Positions 61,694-64,000 of a stretch of 64,000 bases of DNA are shown piece after piece (position 1 is the first letter of the stretch; the number at the start of each line of letters is the position of its first letter). The stretch lies in the IMG/VR virus record IMGVR_UViG_3300011008_000186. One strand, given 5' to 3'. Source of the DNA: a virus. A program made the position numbers and the translations under genes. The notes beneath the pieces were generated by a model. The model searched no databases and had not been told where the DNA came from. It saw only the letters and a program-made list of their open reading frames with translations.

Positions 61694-62270
61694 TTTTATC
61701 ACCTACATATACTTTGTATGCTAATCCTGGAGCAACCGTATGTAAATTATAACCAATTCCAGTACTGCCTCCGGTGGCTACAGTTACTGCCGCTGATACG
61801 CCTGTAGCAGCTAAACTTGCAACAAAATTTTTACCGCGATTGACGTCTCTGGTTATTTCGCTGCTTTTAACGACATATCCTTTAGAAACTGCTTCTTTTA
61901 TAAAAGATTCGGTATTTTTTCTGTTTTCGCTAAGATCTTCAACTAAATTTTTATAAACTTTGCTTAAATCATTAGCTTTCAGTAAATATTCTTCAGTTTT
62001 TGATGTTTTCCCTTTAGTTTCAGCTTTTGCGGCTTTTAAGACATAATTAGCAGCTTTATTTCTTGTAGCTATAGCATCTGCAGTAAGCTGTGCACGATCT
62101 TGATCCAACCGATTTAATGAATTACGAATACTCTTAGCATCTTTCTTCATAGCCCGTTTCTCAGCGGCCGTGTGATCATTATAGTCCAATGGATATGGCG
62201 GACCATTTTGAACTCCCCATTTCTGGCCTTTTATGCCGTGATGGTAGAGTTCCGTACTGAAATTATTCAT
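61683..62270 (-). CDS. Paralogue 1 of the HHGIKGQKWG family
   Basis: YHHGIKGQKWGVQNGPPYPL. The 39-nt stretch 62199-62237 is identical to 61628-61666. Confidence 0.6.
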   Translation of the reverse strand: MNNFSTELYHHGIKGQKWGVQNGPPYPLDYNDHTAAEKRAMKKDAKSIRNSLNRLDQDRAQLTADAIATRNKAANYVLKAAKAETKGKTSKTEEYLLKANDLSKVYKNLVEDLSENRKNTESFIKEAVSKGYVVKSSEITRDVNRGKNFVASLAATGVSAAVTVATGGSTGIGYNLHTVAPGLAYKVYVGDKNVK

Positions 62271-62630
62271 TTAACCATTCCCTTCTCCAGGATCAACCAG
62301 AACATTGATCCGCCATTCGTATTCTTTTATTAAATTCTTTATAGATTCAAGAGTAAATGAATTTGTAGGGGGATCGAATATTAATCGTACATACATCTGT
62401 ACGTATGTTTTTACCATATTAACCAGCCTTGCATTATCTGAAAAATCAGACCAAACTTCGTCCGTGTCTATTATCTGAAATCCATCTTCGGGACCGGCAC
62501 CGAGTTGGTTCAATACTGTGAATGCCGCATTTGCATGCATGATTATGTCCTGGTCGAAATCTGTCATTTTTTCATTTCCGCATACAGTATCGCGAAGGGT
62601 TTCTAAAATACTGCTACTATCTGACTCCAT
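62271..62630 (-). CDS. Hypothetical protein
   Basis: 119-aa ORF, abuts the next gene. Confidence 0.5.
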   Translation of the reverse strand: MESDSSSILETLRDTVCGNEKMTDFDQDIIMHANAAFTVLNQLGAGPEDGFQIIDTDEVWSDFSDNARLVNMVKTYVQMYVRLIFDPPTNSFTLESIKNLIKEYEWRINVLVDPGEGNG

Positions 62631-62658
62631 ATTTGACCTCCCTTACCTCGTATGGTAC

Positions 62659-63012
62659 TTATACTATTGATATATAATCTTTAACACAGTATCCAATTAG
62701 TCCTTTACCATTCGATACTTTAACCCATTCCGGATCATCGGATTCTGTTATTTCTAATTTTTCTCCTCTAAAAGCAACACCAGCTATATCTGAATTAAGA
62801 CCCGGTGCAACTCGGACATTAAGTGCAGTTACAGTAACGCCATGTTTGATTGCTTTCTTTTCTTTCACTTTGGGTTCCCGTTCAGTTACTGCTGCCTCAG
62901 CTGGAGCCACCTCTTCTACTGGTTTTACTGGCTCTTTCTTTTCTTCTACTGATTTCTTAGAAGCTTTGATTTCGAGTTCTTCGAGTTCTTTATCTTTACT
63001 ATTAGTAGACAT
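62659..63012 (-). CDS. SH3b-domain protein
   Basis: LNVRVAPGLNSDIAGVAFRGEKLEITESDDPEWVKVSNGKGLIGYCVKDYI is a bacterial SH3_3 pattern. Confidence 0.6.
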   Translation of the reverse strand: MSTNSKDKELEELEIKASKKSVEEKKEPVKPVEEVAPAEAAVTEREPKVKEKKAIKHGVTVTALNVRVAPGLNSDIAGVAFRGEKLEITESDDPEWVKVSNGKGLIGYCVKDYISIV

Positions 63013-63031
63013 AAAATACCTCCGTCAAACG

Positions 63032-63454
63032 CTACCGCTTCCACGGTGCCATATCATTTTTTGTTCTTTCGATTGGATCATTAAATAGTTTGGACGAATT
63101 GCCATAGTGAATAGCATTGTGAGTAGTTGGGCTGACGGTTATTAGATTTTCCGGATCAAGTAAGAATTTGGATCCAAATTTAATATCATCAGGGGTGATA
63201 GGATTGATATGGTGTATGATAATACCTCTTGGTATTTCTCGTCCTTTTACTCCTAGATCGCATCCGTAATCTCGTGAAATTATCTCATAACGAATTTGTT
63301 CCCATTCTTTAGATTTGTAAAACATCTGATTCATATATCTATCAAATCCAAATGTGTCAAATCCAACCTGCCCGTGAAGTGCTAAATAATTATACCGATC
63401 ATCAAATGAAGAATAACTTATCAGTTCGGAATATGTTTTAATATTCTTCTTCAT
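63032..63454 (-). CDS. HNH endonuclease
   Basis: Start at 63454 (MKKNIKTY). IIIHHINP...NLITVSPTTHNAIH. Confidence 0.8.
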   Translation of the reverse strand: MKKNIKTYSELISYSSFDDRYNYLALHGQVGFDTFGFDRYMNQMFYKSKEWEQIRYEIISRDYGCDLGVKGREIPRGIIIHHINPITPDDIKFGSKFLLDPENLITVSPTTHNAIHYGNSSKLFNDPIERTKNDMAPWKR

Positions 63455-63785
63455 CGTCGGAGTCCTCCACACCTCTGTACTCCTTAAATGCTGCGAGAGC
63501 TTCTGCATATAACTTCTCACTTTCTTTAGCAGCTTGAAGTTGTTCAGTTTTTGCTTTTGCAAGTTTAATATTCTCTTCAAGAAGCTCTATTTCTTTCTTA
63601 GCTTTTATCGCTCCGAGTCTTAAAAAATGAGTTGTTTCTTGCGAAGAGGCCGTCCCTTCAAGCAATCGCTTCTCTACCAAACTATAAGCCAATGATATAC
63701 ATCGATCTTCTTGCGCTTCTTGCGTCAAAGCAGGTCGTAGTGCTGTCTTTTGTGGTTCATCTACCTTGGGTTTTGTTCTTGGCAT
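63438..63785 (-). CDS. Putative terminase small subunit / DNA-packaging protein
   Basis: First gene of the late operon, basic N-terminus, coiled-coil, next to the HNH gene. Assigned mainly on position. Confidence 0.35.
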   Translation of the reverse strand: MPRTKPKVDEPQKTALRPALTQEAQEDRCISLAYSLVEKRLLEGTASSQETTHFLRLGAIKAKKEIELLEENIKLAKAKTEQLQAAKESEKLYAEALAAFKEYRGVEDSDDEEEY

Positions 63786-63824
63786 GGCACGTTTGACCTC
63801 CTTTCACATAAGATTGCACTAAGA

Positions 63825-63964
63825 TTTATGCTCCTTCACAGAGACTTATAGCTATCCCCAGAGTCATTAATTTTTTAATGAAAGGAGAAGAATAAAAAAT
63901 AATAAGGAGATCCACAACCAATACCAAACCAATATTGCTATAAGCCTCTGGGAAAGAGCATAAA
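63825..63964. repeat. 28-bp imperfect inverted repeat (25/28) with an 84-nt spacer upstream of the packaging genes
   Basis: TTTATGCTCCTTCACAGAGACTTATAGC (63825-63852) versus the reverse complement of 63937-63964, TTTATGCTCTTTCCCAGAGGCTTATAGC. Confidence 0.85.
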
Positions 63965-64000
63965 ATGTTTTGAATATAATCCCCCGGAGATTTTTCAAAG

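Overview
The whole window is one temperate, low-GC tailed-phage genome (siphovirus-like, with Firmicutes-style AGGAGG Shine-Dalgarno (SD) sites). Almost every gene is on the minus strand. All homology calls are from motif recognition by eye; no searches were run.

Layout:
- 63.8 -> 23.4 kb, late operon: TerS-like, HNH, SH3b, TerL, portal, protease-scaffold-capsid fusion, tail tube, chaperones, a 2742-aa tape measure, Dit/Tal/spike, fibres and holin. Then a ~7.4-kb island of receptor-binding, LRR, glycosyltransferase and CBM genes with decaying members, then endolysin and Cys-rich cargo genes.
- 21.3-23.0 kb, plus strand: cI-like repressor, tyrosine integrase, and attP carrying the 3' part of a tRNA-Lys(CUU) with flanking arm repeats.
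- 21.2 -> 0 kb, early region: a cro/Xis-like gene and a RinA/ArpU-like regulator, then a host-takeover-like array of many small genes. It ends in a >1360-aa helicase-primase-PolB fusion that runs off the left edge, which is why it is missing from the ORF track.

The early array also holds a tRNA-Gln(UUG), a pentapeptide-repeat protein, an XRE-sigma4-alphaCTD chimera, a Lar-like protein and a MazZ-like protein.

Best candidate for something undescribed: the early-region transcription architecture.
- 10 copies of a promoter-like element built on the palindrome TTCGCGAA.
- 6 copies of a conserved hairpin that shows a compensatory base change and a mutually exclusive alternative fold.
- The sigma4/alphaCTD chimera as a possible cognate factor.
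- A promoter-driven GC-rich candidate ncRNA.

Other leads:
- A 99-bp exact repeat whose flanks are circularly permuted between the polymerase gene and the MazZ-like locus.
- A strongly strand-polar 9-mer, RAATATAAT.
- Three paralogues sharing an HHGIKGQKWG N-terminus around terminase and portal.
- A wobble-compatible 28-bp inverted repeat upstream of the packaging genes.
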